Of a stretch of 24,000 bases of DNA, positions 7,284-14,775 are shown one piece after another (position 1 is the first letter of the stretch; each line of letters starts with the position of its first letter). Source of the stretch: Fastidiosipilaceae bacterium. GTDB taxonomy: Bacteria > Bacillota > Clostridia > Saccharofermentanales > Fastidiosipilaceae. Where the stretch lies: positions 1 through 24,000 of the forward strand of contig JBNRMJ010000010.1 in assembly GCA_050309435.1 (NCBI GenBank), given 5' to 3'. The position numbers were made by a program, and so were the translations under genes. Below the pieces are notes generated by a model. The model saw only the letters and a program-made list of their open reading frames with translations. It did no database searches and was not told the DNA's origin.

Positions 7284-8528
7284 ATGAAAAAATTCACGAA
7301 CGCAGTTATCTACGGGCAGGCAGATGCCAACGAAATTCTGGTCGAAAATGGTGTTATCAAGGCCATCGGCCGCGATCTGGCCCCGGCTGACGAAGTCATC
7401 GATCTGGATGGTAAGCTGGTTACAGCGCCTTATGTCGATCCCCACCTCCATCTGGACTATGTCTATACCCTTTCCGAGCTGGGCCGCGACGGCGCCGGTT
7501 CCGGTACCTTGTTCGAAGCCATCGAGCTGTGGCCCCGCTTCAAGGAAACACTGACGGTTGAAGGCGTCAAACAACTGGCTATGAAGGGAATCAGAGACGA
7601 AGTCTCGCAGGGTGTTCAGCACATTCGCACCCATATCGACGTCACCGATCCGAAGTTTACCGGTCTCAAAGCCATGCTCGAATTAAGAGAAGAACTCAAA
7701 AACATCGTCGAGATCCAGATTGTAGCTTTCCCTCAGCAGGGCATGTACACATACAAAGGCGGCCGCGACCTGGTCGAAGAAGCCCTCAAGATGGGTGCCG
7801 ATGTCGTCGGCGGTATTCCCCACTACGAACCCGCCAGAGAGTTTGGCGAGCAGTCGGTTCGGGATACGGTTAACATGGCTATGAAGTACAACAAACTCAT
7901 CGACGTGCACTGCGACGAGACCGACGACCCTCATTCCAGATTCGTCGAACTTTTAAACGCACTCGTACTGATGGAAGATTACGGCGTGAAAACAACCGCC
8001 AGCCACACCTGCTCCTTTGGTTCCGCGGATAATTCCTATGCTTACCGCATGCTTGATCTCTTCAAGAAGAGTAAAATGAACTTCATTTCTCCGCCGACCG
8101 AAAACGCCTACCTGCAGGGCCGCCAGGATACCTATCCGAAGCGCCGCGGTCTGACACGCGTCAAGGAATTCATCGAGCACGGCATTAATGTGGCTTTCGC
8201 CCAGGATTCGATCAACGACCCCTGGTATCCGATGGGTAACGGCAACATGATGAATATTCTGGATAACGGTATTCATCTGGCGCAGATCATGTCGCCGGCC
8301 GATATCGAAAAAAACCTGGATTTGATCACCATCAACGGTGCCCGCTGCCTTGACATCGAGGACCGCTACGGCCTTGACGCGGGTAAAGATGCCAACTTCA
8401 TCGTCCTCGACGGCGACAGCCCTTTTGACGTCATCAGAAACCGCGCTTCGGTTCTGGCTTCCGTCAGAAAAGGCGAATATCTCTTCAAACGTCAGCCCGT
8501 CGCTTACGATGTCGAGCTCAAGCTATAA
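7284..8528 (+). CDS. codA: Cytosine deaminase-family amidohydrolase (CodA-like)
   Basis: 414 aa, collinear with E. coli CodA as I recall it. Metal ligands are PYVDPHLHLD, and further shared blocks are GTLFEAIE, HIRTHIDV, IVAFPQQG, GGIPH, LIDVHCDETDDPHSRFVE, TASHT, TYPKRRGLTRVKE and NDPWYP. There is no terminator between this gene and the upstream EamA gene (45-nt gap). Confidence 0.8.
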   Translation: MKKFTNAVIYGQADANEILVENGVIKAIGRDLAPADEVIDLDGKLVTAPYVDPHLHLDYVYTLSELGRDGAGSGTLFEAIELWPRFKETLTVEGVKQLAMKGIRDEVSQGVQHIRTHIDVTDPKFTGLKAMLELREELKNIVEIQIVAFPQQGMYTYKGGRDLVEEALKMGADVVGGIPHYEPAREFGEQSVRDTVNMAMKYNKLIDVHCDETDDPHSRFVELLNALVLMEDYGVKTTASHTCSFGSADNSYAYRMLDLFKKSKMNFISPPTENAYLQGRQDTYPKRRGLTRVKEFIEHGINVAFAQDSINDPWYPMGNGNMMNILDNGIHLAQIMSPADIEKNLDLITINGARCLDIEDRYGLDAGKDANFIVLDGDSPFDVIRNRASVLASVRKGEYLFKRQPVAYDVELKL

Positions 8529-8561
8529 GTAAGTAAGAATTCGATTCCTGTTTACTATCAT

Positions 8562-8595
8562 AATCCACCGGTACTTACCGGTGGATTTTATTATT
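8562..8595 (+). terminator. Intrinsic terminator after codA-like gene
   Basis: Perfect 11-bp stem AATCCACCGGT (8562-8572) / ACCGGTGGATT (8577-8587) with a 4-nt loop, followed by TTATTATTG. Confidence 0.8.
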
Positions 8596-8621
8596 GTTAT
8601 GATGGTTTCGGGAGGTGCAAA

Positions 8622-9629
8622 ATGATGAATTTACAAGAGATCATCCCCGAGGACTTCAGCGGCGTAATATCCGTCAGGAGGCAGGAAGAAATAGTCTTTG
8701 AAGCAGGATTCGGCTATGCCGACCGAGCCAACCTGAGGCCTAATCGGATCGACAGTAAATTTGCTACGGCCTCCGCCGGAAAAGCCTTCGTGGCTGTAGC
8801 GGTCTTCGCCTTGATTGAGGCAGGAAAGCTCAGCCCGGACAGTACGATCGGAGATCTGCTCGATTTTGACTTAAAGGCAATTGACCCCGCCATCACGGTC
8901 AGACAGTTGCTGAACCATACGTCGGGTATTCCGGATTACTTCGACGAGTCCGTCATGGATGACTACGAGGAGCTCTGGATAGACCGGCCGAGCTATCGCT
9001 TCAGGAAATCTTCCGACTTGATTCCGCTCTTTATCGATAAGCCGATGCTGTACCCCGCAGGCGAGCGATTCCAATACAACAATACCGGCTATGTCGTGCT
9101 GGGACTCATCATCGAAGCACAAAGCGGCCTGCCCTTCGACGAATACCTTCGCGAACGGATTTTCGATCGTTGCGGAATGTCGGATACAGGATATTTCGAG
9201 CTCGATAAACTGCCGGCTAACTGCTCCTTTTCCTATATATTCGATCCGGCCGATGGCAGGTATCGCACGAACATTTTTTCCATCGAGGCCAAGGGCAGCG
9301 GAGCAGGCGGCGCTTTTACCACTGCAACCGATGTCAGGAAATTCTGGACTGCTCTGATGAAGGGCGATCTGATCACCCGCGACAGCGTGAAGCTGATGAC
9401 TTCTCCGCAAATCGATGAAGGCTACTACGGCTACGGACTCTGGCTTATTGACAAAACACTTCCTTCGTTTCAAGGTTCCGATCCCGGGGTGGATTTCATT
9501 ACGTCTTTTGACCGTGAACATGATCTGATTGTCACAATCCTCGCCAACATGAACTGCGATATAGAAGGACTGCACATGAAAATCAGGAACCGTATCCTCT
9601 CACAGGCATCTGAATTTTTCTTAACTTAG
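8622..9629 (+). CDS. Serine hydrolase of the beta-lactamase/PBP (class C-like) fold, no signal peptide
   Basis: 335 aa with GGAGGTG at 8611-8617. The SxxK motif is in TASAGKAF and the YxN motif in QYNNTGY. A Gly-rich third motif (KGSGAGGAF) is present. The N-terminus is not hydrophobic, so the protein is probably a cytoplasmic esterase/amidase. Confidence 0.75.
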   Translation: MMNLQEIIPEDFSGVISVRRQEEIVFEAGFGYADRANLRPNRIDSKFATASAGKAFVAVAVFALIEAGKLSPDSTIGDLLDFDLKAIDPAITVRQLLNHTSGIPDYFDESVMDDYEELWIDRPSYRFRKSSDLIPLFIDKPMLYPAGERFQYNNTGYVVLGLIIEAQSGLPFDEYLRERIFDRCGMSDTGYFELDKLPANCSFSYIFDPADGRYRTNIFSIEAKGSGAGGAFTTATDVRKFWTALMKGDLITRDSVKLMTSPQIDEGYYGYGLWLIDKTLPSFQGSDPGVDFITSFDREHDLIVTILANMNCDIEGLHMKIRNRILSQASEFFLT

Positions 9630-10519
9630 AGACAGTTTCGTCGGGCAATAATCTGTTCATACCAGGATTCGATTTGCACACGATCGGGGCTGTCTTTTAG
9701 ATATACGAAGTTAAAAGGATGGCTCATATCGAAATTGCGCAGAGGAACCTCTTTTAAGTAGCCTTCTTCCAGTTCCTTTTTCACCGCTTCGCGATACATA
9801 AAAGTGATTCCGATATTCTGATGGCAAAGCATCTTGATCGCATTCATATTGCCGATAACGAGATGTCTTCTGAAATCATCGACACTCAGATTTTTCATAT
9901 ATAAAAACTGTTCCAGAATATCTCTGGTTCCGCTGCCTTCTTCTCGCAGTACGAGGGTTTGGCCCAGTAGACTATCCGGATCGTTTTGGCGATCGGCCAT
10001 GGGATTATCCGGAGAACAAACAGCAATATAGGCTTCATCCGAGATCAGCCGGTAAGCAAACTGACTGTGATTGAAATGACCTTCCAATAAGGCAAAATCA
10101 ATCTCGCCTGCCCAGAGCATCTGTTGCAGCAATTTGGTATTCTCTACGTGCATCGAAATTTTGATCTCCGGGTCCTCGGAAAAGATCGAAGCCAGGATCG
10201 GAGGCATCGTGTATTCGCCGATGGTGAGCGTTGCGCCGAAATTCAGAGGCCGTGTCCTTTGAGATATGCGTTTTAAAAGCGGCTTGATCCGCTCCGAATT
10301 CGCCTGTAGCGAAATGATATATTCCCGAAGCGCTTTTCCCTCTTCGCTCAAGGAGAAGTTTTTTCCTTTTCCATCGACGAGAGAGACAGCGTAATACTCT
10401 TCCAGATAACGGATATGTTGTGATATGGCGGGTTGCGTCATATTAAGCCGCCGGGCAGCCTTCGTATAGCTTCCGCATTCGCAGAGCATTAAAAAACTTT
10501 GTAATCGGTTATCGATCAT
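9626..10519 (-). CDS. LysR-family transcriptional regulator
   Basis: 297 aa. The N-terminal wHTH reads FLMLCECGSYTKAARRLNMTQPAISQHIRYLEEYY, followed by a C-terminal LysR substrate-binding domain. AGGAGA RBS is present. The gene is divergent from a YeiH-family gene, the classic yeiE/yeiH-type arrangement. Confidence 0.9.
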   Translation of the reverse strand: MIDNRLQSFLMLCECGSYTKAARRLNMTQPAISQHIRYLEEYYAVSLVDGKGKNFSLSEEGKALREYIISLQANSERIKPLLKRISQRTRPLNFGATLTIGEYTMPPILASIFSEDPEIKISMHVENTKLLQQMLWAGEIDFALLEGHFNHSQFAYRLISDEAYIAVCSPDNPMADRQNDPDSLLGQTLVLREEGSGTRDILEQFLYMKNLSVDDFRRHLVIGNMNAIKMLCHQNIGITFMYREAVKKELEEGYLKEVPLRNFDMSHPFNFVYLKDSPDRVQIESWYEQIIARRNCL

Positions 10520-10530
10520 AAGGCTCTCCT

Positions 10531-10563
10531 ATAAGAAATCATTATCAAACTATAACATATTAT
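10531..10563. promoter_or_regulatory. Candidate LysR-type operator sites (ATAA-N7-TTAT and ATAA-N4-TTAT dyads) in the divergent promoter region
   Basis: ATAAGAAATCATTAT (10531-10545) fits the T-N11-A LTTR box. ATAACATATTAT (10552-10563) is a second AT-rich dyad. Both lie between the LysR start (10519) and the YeiH-family start (10625). Confidence 0.3.
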
Positions 10564-10624
10564 CATTTTACCTTATACCAAGAGCGTGATATCCTGTACC
10601 CAATGTAAAAAACGGAGGCAGTCA

Positions 10625-11641
10625 ATGTTAGAAAAAATCAAGTCAAATGCGCCGGGCATTCTCTTCAGTGCGGGTGTGGCCGTCATCGCCATTTTCCTTA
10701 GCAGCCTGATCCCCGGCGATATCATCGGAGCTACCGTCATGGCACTCCTGGTCGGCATGGCTTTACACCCTTTCGCCGAGAAAAATCCTTTACTTAAAGA
10801 CGGTGTCAACTTCACCGGTAAAATGATCCTTCGACTGGGCATCATCCTCATGGGCGTCAATATGAATATCGCAGATGTGCTGAGCGTCGGCAGATATTCC
10901 CTCTTCATGATGATCTTCACGATGGCCACAGCCTTTGGCGTGGGAAATCTCCTTGGAAAAATTTTCGGTATCAACTGGAAGCTGACCAACTTGTTATCTG
11001 TGAGTACGGCGATCTGCGGAGGCTCGGCCGTCGCGGCCGTGGGTCCCGCTATCAAGGCCAGAGACGAAGATATGGCCTATGCTCTTTCGTCCACCTTTAT
11101 TTTCGATGTCATCACCGTCGTCATTTTCCCCTGGATCGGTATGGCCATCGGTATGACCGCGATGGGTTACGGTCTTTGGATCGGTACGGCTGTCAACGAC
11201 ACTTCGTCGGTTGTCGCGGCCGGTTATGCTTTCTCCGAGTTTGCCGGTAATACGGCAGTCATCGTTAAGCTGACCAGAACTCTCTTTATCATCCCCTATG
11301 TGCTGATTTTCTCTGTCCTCAACGAACGAGTGGAAGCGAAATCAGCGGGCAGCGGAAAACGCGTTCCTGTCAATTTGAAGAAGATTTTCCCTTTCTTTAT
11401 TCTCTTGTTCCTCGCCGTCGTGATTCTGCGCAGCACGGGAATCATACCCGAAGTACTGGTCCCGTCTCTGGCGAAAGGCTCGAAATTCTTCATGGTCATG
11501 GCTTTATCGGCCATCGGTCTGAAAACAAGTTTTGGCGATATTAAGGAGATTGGCATCAAACCCATGCTTCTGGGTTTCCTGATGGATACCACAGTCGTCG
11601 TCGTAGCGATGGGTGTTTTGTACTTCACCGGTAATTTCTAA
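10625..11641 (+). CDS. yeiH: YeiH/UPF0324-family integral membrane protein (putative exporter)
   Basis: The ORF track starts at GTG 10586. ATG 10625 is preferred because GGAGG lies at 10614-10618 with a 6-nt spacer. The product is 338 aa with about 10 TM segments, and has conserved TAICGGSA and GTAVNDTSSVVAAG blocks typical of the family. It is paired divergently with a LysR regulator. Confidence 0.75.
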   Translation: MLEKIKSNAPGILFSAGVAVIAIFLSSLIPGDIIGATVMALLVGMALHPFAEKNPLLKDGVNFTGKMILRLGIILMGVNMNIADVLSVGRYSLFMMIFTMATAFGVGNLLGKIFGINWKLTNLLSVSTAICGGSAVAAVGPAIKARDEDMAYALSSTFIFDVITVVIFPWIGMAIGMTAMGYGLWIGTAVNDTSSVVAAGYAFSEFAGNTAVIVKLTRTLFIIPYVLIFSVLNERVEAKSAGSGKRVPVNLKKIFPFFILLFLAVVILRSTGIIPEVLVPSLAKGSKFFMVMALSAIGLKTSFGDIKEIGIKPMLLGFLMDTTVVVVAMGVLYFTGNF

Positions 11642-11678
11642 TGTAATGCAACCATAGCTAAAATATTCATCTAGCAAA

Positions 11679-11707
11679 GGCCTTCTCTCGCGAGAAGGTC
11701 TTTCATT
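11679..11707 (+). terminator. Intrinsic terminator after the YeiH-family gene
   Basis: GGCCTTCTC (11679-11687) pairs with GAGAAGGTC (11692-11700, one G:U) around a 4-nt loop TCGC. TTTCATT follows. Confidence 0.6.
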
Positions 11708-11751
11708 ATGAAGCTTGTGCGTAGAACTATTTGTTAGTTTTCATTTGTAGC

Positions 11752-11794
11752 TTTACAAACATTTTTCTACCTTTTGCAATGATCTTTGTATAAT
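11752..11794 (+). promoter_or_regulatory. Candidate atp operon promoter region (TTTACA, 17 nt, TGCAAT; a perfect TATAAT lies just downstream)
   Basis: TTTACA lies at 11752-11757, followed by a 17-nt spacer and TGCAAT at 11775-11780. A consensus TATAAT at 11789-11794 has no good -35. The AT-rich region 11700-11920 precedes atpZ. Confidence 0.3.
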
Positions 11795-11926
11795 TTTACG
11801 ATAAATTTATGTTCGTATCGAACTTTTGGTTTTGGTAATTGTTTCTATGTTAATATATAGATTAGGGAAAAAATCAGCAGACAATTTTATCATGTAAACA
11901 TATGTTTCAAACGAGGAGACTTCTTG

Positions 11927-12163
11927 ATGAAGAAACAACAGAAGAAAGATTCTCGATCGAAAAACAACGAAACATTTCGTGCGTTGGCCAATTTCTCGCA
12001 AATCGGCATAACCATGGCGGCAGCCGTCTTGATCGGTGTATTCATCGGTAAGTATCTGGATGATCTCTTTAACACAAAACCCTGCTTACTATTGATTTTC
12101 TCTCTTTTAGGCGCAGGGGCAGCGCTGCGGTCTTTATTTCAGGTGCCCGATAAGAAAAAATAA
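11927..12163 (+). CDS. atpZ: AtpZ/AtpI-family small membrane protein (F-ATPase operon leader gene)
   Basis: 78 aa from ATG 11927 (the track starts at TTG 11924), with GAGGAG at 11913-11918. It has a basic N-terminus and two TM helices. FSQIGITMAAAVLIGVFIGKYLD is typical of the AtpZ family. Confidence 0.7.
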   Translation: MKKQQKKDSRSKNNETFRALANFSQIGITMAAAVLIGVFIGKYLDDLFNTKPCLLLIFSLLGAGAALRSLFQVPDKKK

Positions 12164-12197
12164 ACGAATATGCAAACATAATTTGAGGAGGACCCGG

Positions 12198-12575
12198 ATG
12201 AGGCTTTCGGATTTAGCGAAAAAAATGCTCAAAGCTGTAATAGTTGTTGCTCTGGCGAGCATCGTTATTTCCATGATTTATTATCGTTCCTTAGCCTTCA
12301 TCCCTTTTCTGCTGGGAGTCGTATTGGGTACGGCGGTCAGCATCTGGAAAATCTTTCTACTGGATAAAGCCGTTGACAACGCACTTGCGATGGAGCAGCA
12401 TCGCGCGGGGAGCTATGCGGGTTTGCAGTATCTCCTGAGGCTTGCTCTTACCGGCGCGGCTTTATTGATTGGCGCACTCATCGATCCGATAAATTTATGG
12501 GGCGTTGTCTTCGGCATACTGTCATTTCAGCTTTCTTTGTACTTCGTGAAATTTTCGAGTAAACCGACCGCTTAA
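12198..12575 (+). CDS. atpI: ATP synthase protein I (AtpI)
   Basis: The track starts at TTG 12183. ATG 12198 is preferred because GAGGAGG lies at 12185-12191 with a 6-nt spacer. The product is 125 aa with four hydrophobic segments, and the gene sits immediately upstream of atpB. Confidence 0.65.
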   Translation: MRLSDLAKKMLKAVIVVALASIVISMIYYRSLAFIPFLLGVVLGTAVSIWKIFLLDKAVDNALAMEQHRAGSYAGLQYLLRLALTGAALLIGALIDPINLWGVVFGILSFQLSLYFVKFSSKPTA

Positions 12576-12622
12576 GTACTGGCAGCGCTTCGAACACAAG
12601 TGGCAAAGGAGGTGATCTATTT

Positions 12623-13300
12623 ATGTTGCTCAATATCGATAATATATGGGTTTGGAACATCGGCGGCGTTGAGATCTGGATAACGGAAACGATCTTTAAC
12701 ACCTGGATTATTATGGCAGTTCTGATTCTCGTGGCGATCATCGCACGTATCAAACTTAGAAAATTCAATGAAGTGCCGTCCGGTTTTCAAAACGGGATCG
12801 AAGCCGTTATCGAAACCTTTGACAATTTCGCAGGCGACAGCCTGGGCGAGAAAGTCTCGTACATGGCTCCCTGGTTCTTTTCCGTCTTTATGCTGCTGTT
12901 ATCTGCTGCACTCTTCAGCGTTTTCGGGCTGCGAGCGCCGACGGCGGACTTCGCGACGACCTTTGCCCTGGCATTTTGCACCTTTGTGTTAATGCTGGCA
13001 CTTGGCATTCGTCATAGAAGAGGGGAGTATCTGAAAAGTTTCTTCTCCCCGCATTTTGTCTTCTTCCCGCTGAACCTGATCGGGGAGTTGGCGAAACCGA
13101 TATCTTTGAGCTTCCGCCTGTTTGGCAATATGCTCTCGGGAACCATTATCCTGACACTGTATTACGGGCTGACACCCTTATTCGTACAATTCGGTATACC
13201 GGCCCTGCTTCATGCTTTTTTCGATGTTTTATTCGGAGCTTTACAGACTTACATCTTCGTCATTATCAGCCTGATGTATGTCAGAAGTGCCGTCGATTAA
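12623..13300 (+). CDS. atpB: F-type ATP synthase Fo subunit a
   Basis: 225 aa with AAGGAGGTGA at 12606-12615. The essential stator arginine lies in LSFRLFGNMLSG, and the C-terminal LQTYIFVIISLMY block is present. Confidence 0.92.
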   Translation: MLLNIDNIWVWNIGGVEIWITETIFNTWIIMAVLILVAIIARIKLRKFNEVPSGFQNGIEAVIETFDNFAGDSLGEKVSYMAPWFFSVFMLLLSAALFSVFGLRAPTADFATTFALAFCTFVLMLALGIRHRRGEYLKSFFSPHFVFFPLNLIGELAKPISLSFRLFGNMLSGTIILTLYYGLTPLFVQFGIPALLHAFFDVLFGALQTYIFVIISLMYVRSAVD

Positions 13301-13364
13301 GCATCTTACACTTCACAAGTCTTCAATGTAATGAAAAAACTAATATAACTCGGAGGATTATTTC

Positions 13365-13637
13365 ATGTCAGATTTAGCAACAGTTATCTCGTTCGTTCAC
13401 ATCGCAGCGGCACTTGCCCTGTCGAATGGTATTTTTACCACTTTCGGTCAATCTAAGATTGTGGTTCAAGCAATTGAGTCCATGGCCAGACAGCCGGAAG
13501 CAGCGGACAATATTCGCAGCTCCATGTTCGTCGGTCTTGCTATGGCCGAAACATCAGGTATCTACGGTCTTTTGATCGCCATTATTATGTTGTTCGCCAA
13601 CCCGCTGGTCGACAAACTCGTGAGCCTCATTGGTTAA
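13365..13637 (+). CDS. atpE: F-type ATP synthase Fo subunit c, with Na+-binding-type signature
   Basis: 90 aa helical hairpin with the ARQPE loop. The ion-binding Glu lies in AMAETSGIY, with Gln in helix 1 (FGQS). The C-terminus contains LFANPLV. Confidence 0.95.
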   Translation: MSDLATVISFVHIAAALALSNGIFTTFGQSKIVVQAIESMARQPEAADNIRSSMFVGLAMAETSGIYGLLIAIIMLFANPLVDKLVSLIG

Positions 13638-13681
13638 GCGTTTCCAAGCGAATCGCAAAGACTTAAAGGAGGTCGCGTGAA

Positions 13682-14236
13682 TTGAATCAAATCATCATTC
13701 TGCTGACCCAAACGGTGCCCGAGGGTCGAGTATTCGGACTGGATTCGCAGACACTCATCCAGATCGGCGTTCAGTTGTTCAATGCGGTTTTACTGGCTGC
13801 GGCTTTAAGCTTCATCCTCTATAAACCGGTCAAAGAATTCATGAAAAAACGCTCCGAGAAGATTCGAAGCGGCATCGACAACGCCGAAGCAACCATGGCG
13901 AAAGCCCGGGAGCTAATCGCAAATTACGAATCAAAGATAGAGGATATCAACAAGGAGAGAGTGGAGATTCTGGAAGCCGCTCATCTCAAGGCCAAAGCAG
14001 AGAGTAAAGCCATCCTCGACGAAGCTCGTAAAGAAGCAAACGATATCAAGCTTCGCTCCATGGAAGCTGCCGCCAGGGATAAAGAGCGGCTTCAAGAGGA
14101 GCTTCGTTTATACGTCATTGAGCTATCGTCGGCCATGGCAGAAAAGTTTGTCGCCGAACGCATCGATGACGAGAGCCGCGCTCGTTACTTCGAAGAGATG
14201 ATGGGACAGTTGGAGGAAGCCACATGGCCCAAATAG
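13682..14236 (+). CDS. atpF: F-type ATP synthase Fo subunit b
   Basis: 184 aa with a TTG start at 13682 and AAGGAGG about 11 nt upstream. It has a single N-terminal TM helix followed by a long charged coiled coil (EKIRSGIDNAEATMAKARE...). The position in the operon fits. Confidence 0.85.
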   Translation: MNQIIILLTQTVPEGRVFGLDSQTLIQIGVQLFNAVLLAAALSFILYKPVKEFMKKRSEKIRSGIDNAEATMAKARELIANYESKIEDINKERVEILEAAHLKAKAESKAILDEARKEANDIKLRSMEAAARDKERLQEELRLYVIELSSAMAEKFVAERIDDESRARYFEEMMGQLEEATWPK

Positions 14237-14775
14237 AAAATCGCTATGCCAACGCACTGCTCGAACTGTCGCTTGAAAACCATTCCCTGGAAAGCGATCT
14301 GGCCGAGGCAGTCATGGTCAAAGCCGCTCTGGAGGACGAGGAAACTCTGAATTTTCTCATGCATCCCCATATCCCGGAAGGGGTTAAACTCGATCTGATC
14401 AAGAGTGCTTTTGGCAATTGCAACGAGCGCTTGCAGGGCTTTCTGAGACTTTTGATCGACAAAAATCGCGAATCGATCCTGTCTGCAGTTATAGACGACT
14501 ATATCCGTCAGGCGGAGCAGAAGCTCGGCAGGGTCGAAGCCAAAGTCGTGTCGGCAAAGGCCTTGAGCGACGAGCAAATCGCCCGGATGCTTCCTTTGCT
14601 TGGCACACTCACAAAGAAAGATATCAGGATCAAAAACGTTATCGATCCCGACGTGATCGGCGGATTTTATGTCCTTGTCGACGGTCATGTTTTCGATGCG
14701 ACGATTCGATCCGAACTGCATAAAATGAAAGAAACATTGAAGAAAGGAGGCCGTAATGCCAGTAAAACCCGATGA
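14224..14775 (+). CDS. atpH: F-type ATP synthase F1 subunit delta (OSCP)
   Basis: 183 aa. The N-terminus is YANALLELS and the C-terminus [28 protein letters not shown], both typical of delta. The gene overlaps atpF by 13 nt. Confidence 0.88.
   Translation: MAQIENRYANALLELSLENHSLESDLAEAVMVKAALEDEETLNFLMHPHIPEGVKLDLIKSAFGNCNERLQGFLRLLIDKNRESILSAVIDDYIRQAEQKLGRVEAKVVSAKALSDEQIARMLPLLGTLTKKDIRIKNVIDPDVIGGFYVLVDGHVFDATIRSELHKMKETLKKGGRNASKTR

Noticed and set aside
8871-9575. 234-aa minus-strand ORF
   Set aside because: It is fully antisense to the serine-hydrolase gene, which has clear SxxK and YxN motifs and an RBS. The antisense product has no recognisable domain, and long shadow ORFs are expected at this GC content.
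9626-9629. 4-nt convergent overlap of the serine-hydrolase and LysR stop codons with no terminator between them
   Set aside because: The overlap is real in the sequence, but such overlaps are common in compact genomes. There is no evidence for a functional antisense mechanism.
10573-11055. 160-aa minus-strand ORF overlapping the LysR/YeiH intergenic region and the YeiH 5' half
   Set aside because: It is antisense to the hydrophobic YeiH-family frame and would run through the divergent promoter region. It has no RBS.
11811-11835. Small hairpin GTTCG-TAT-CGAAC followed by TTTTGGTTTTGG upstream of atpZ, as a possible attenuator or sRNA terminator
   Set aside because: The stem is only 5 bp with a 3-nt loop, too weak to call, and its position relative to the (uncertain) promoter is unknown.
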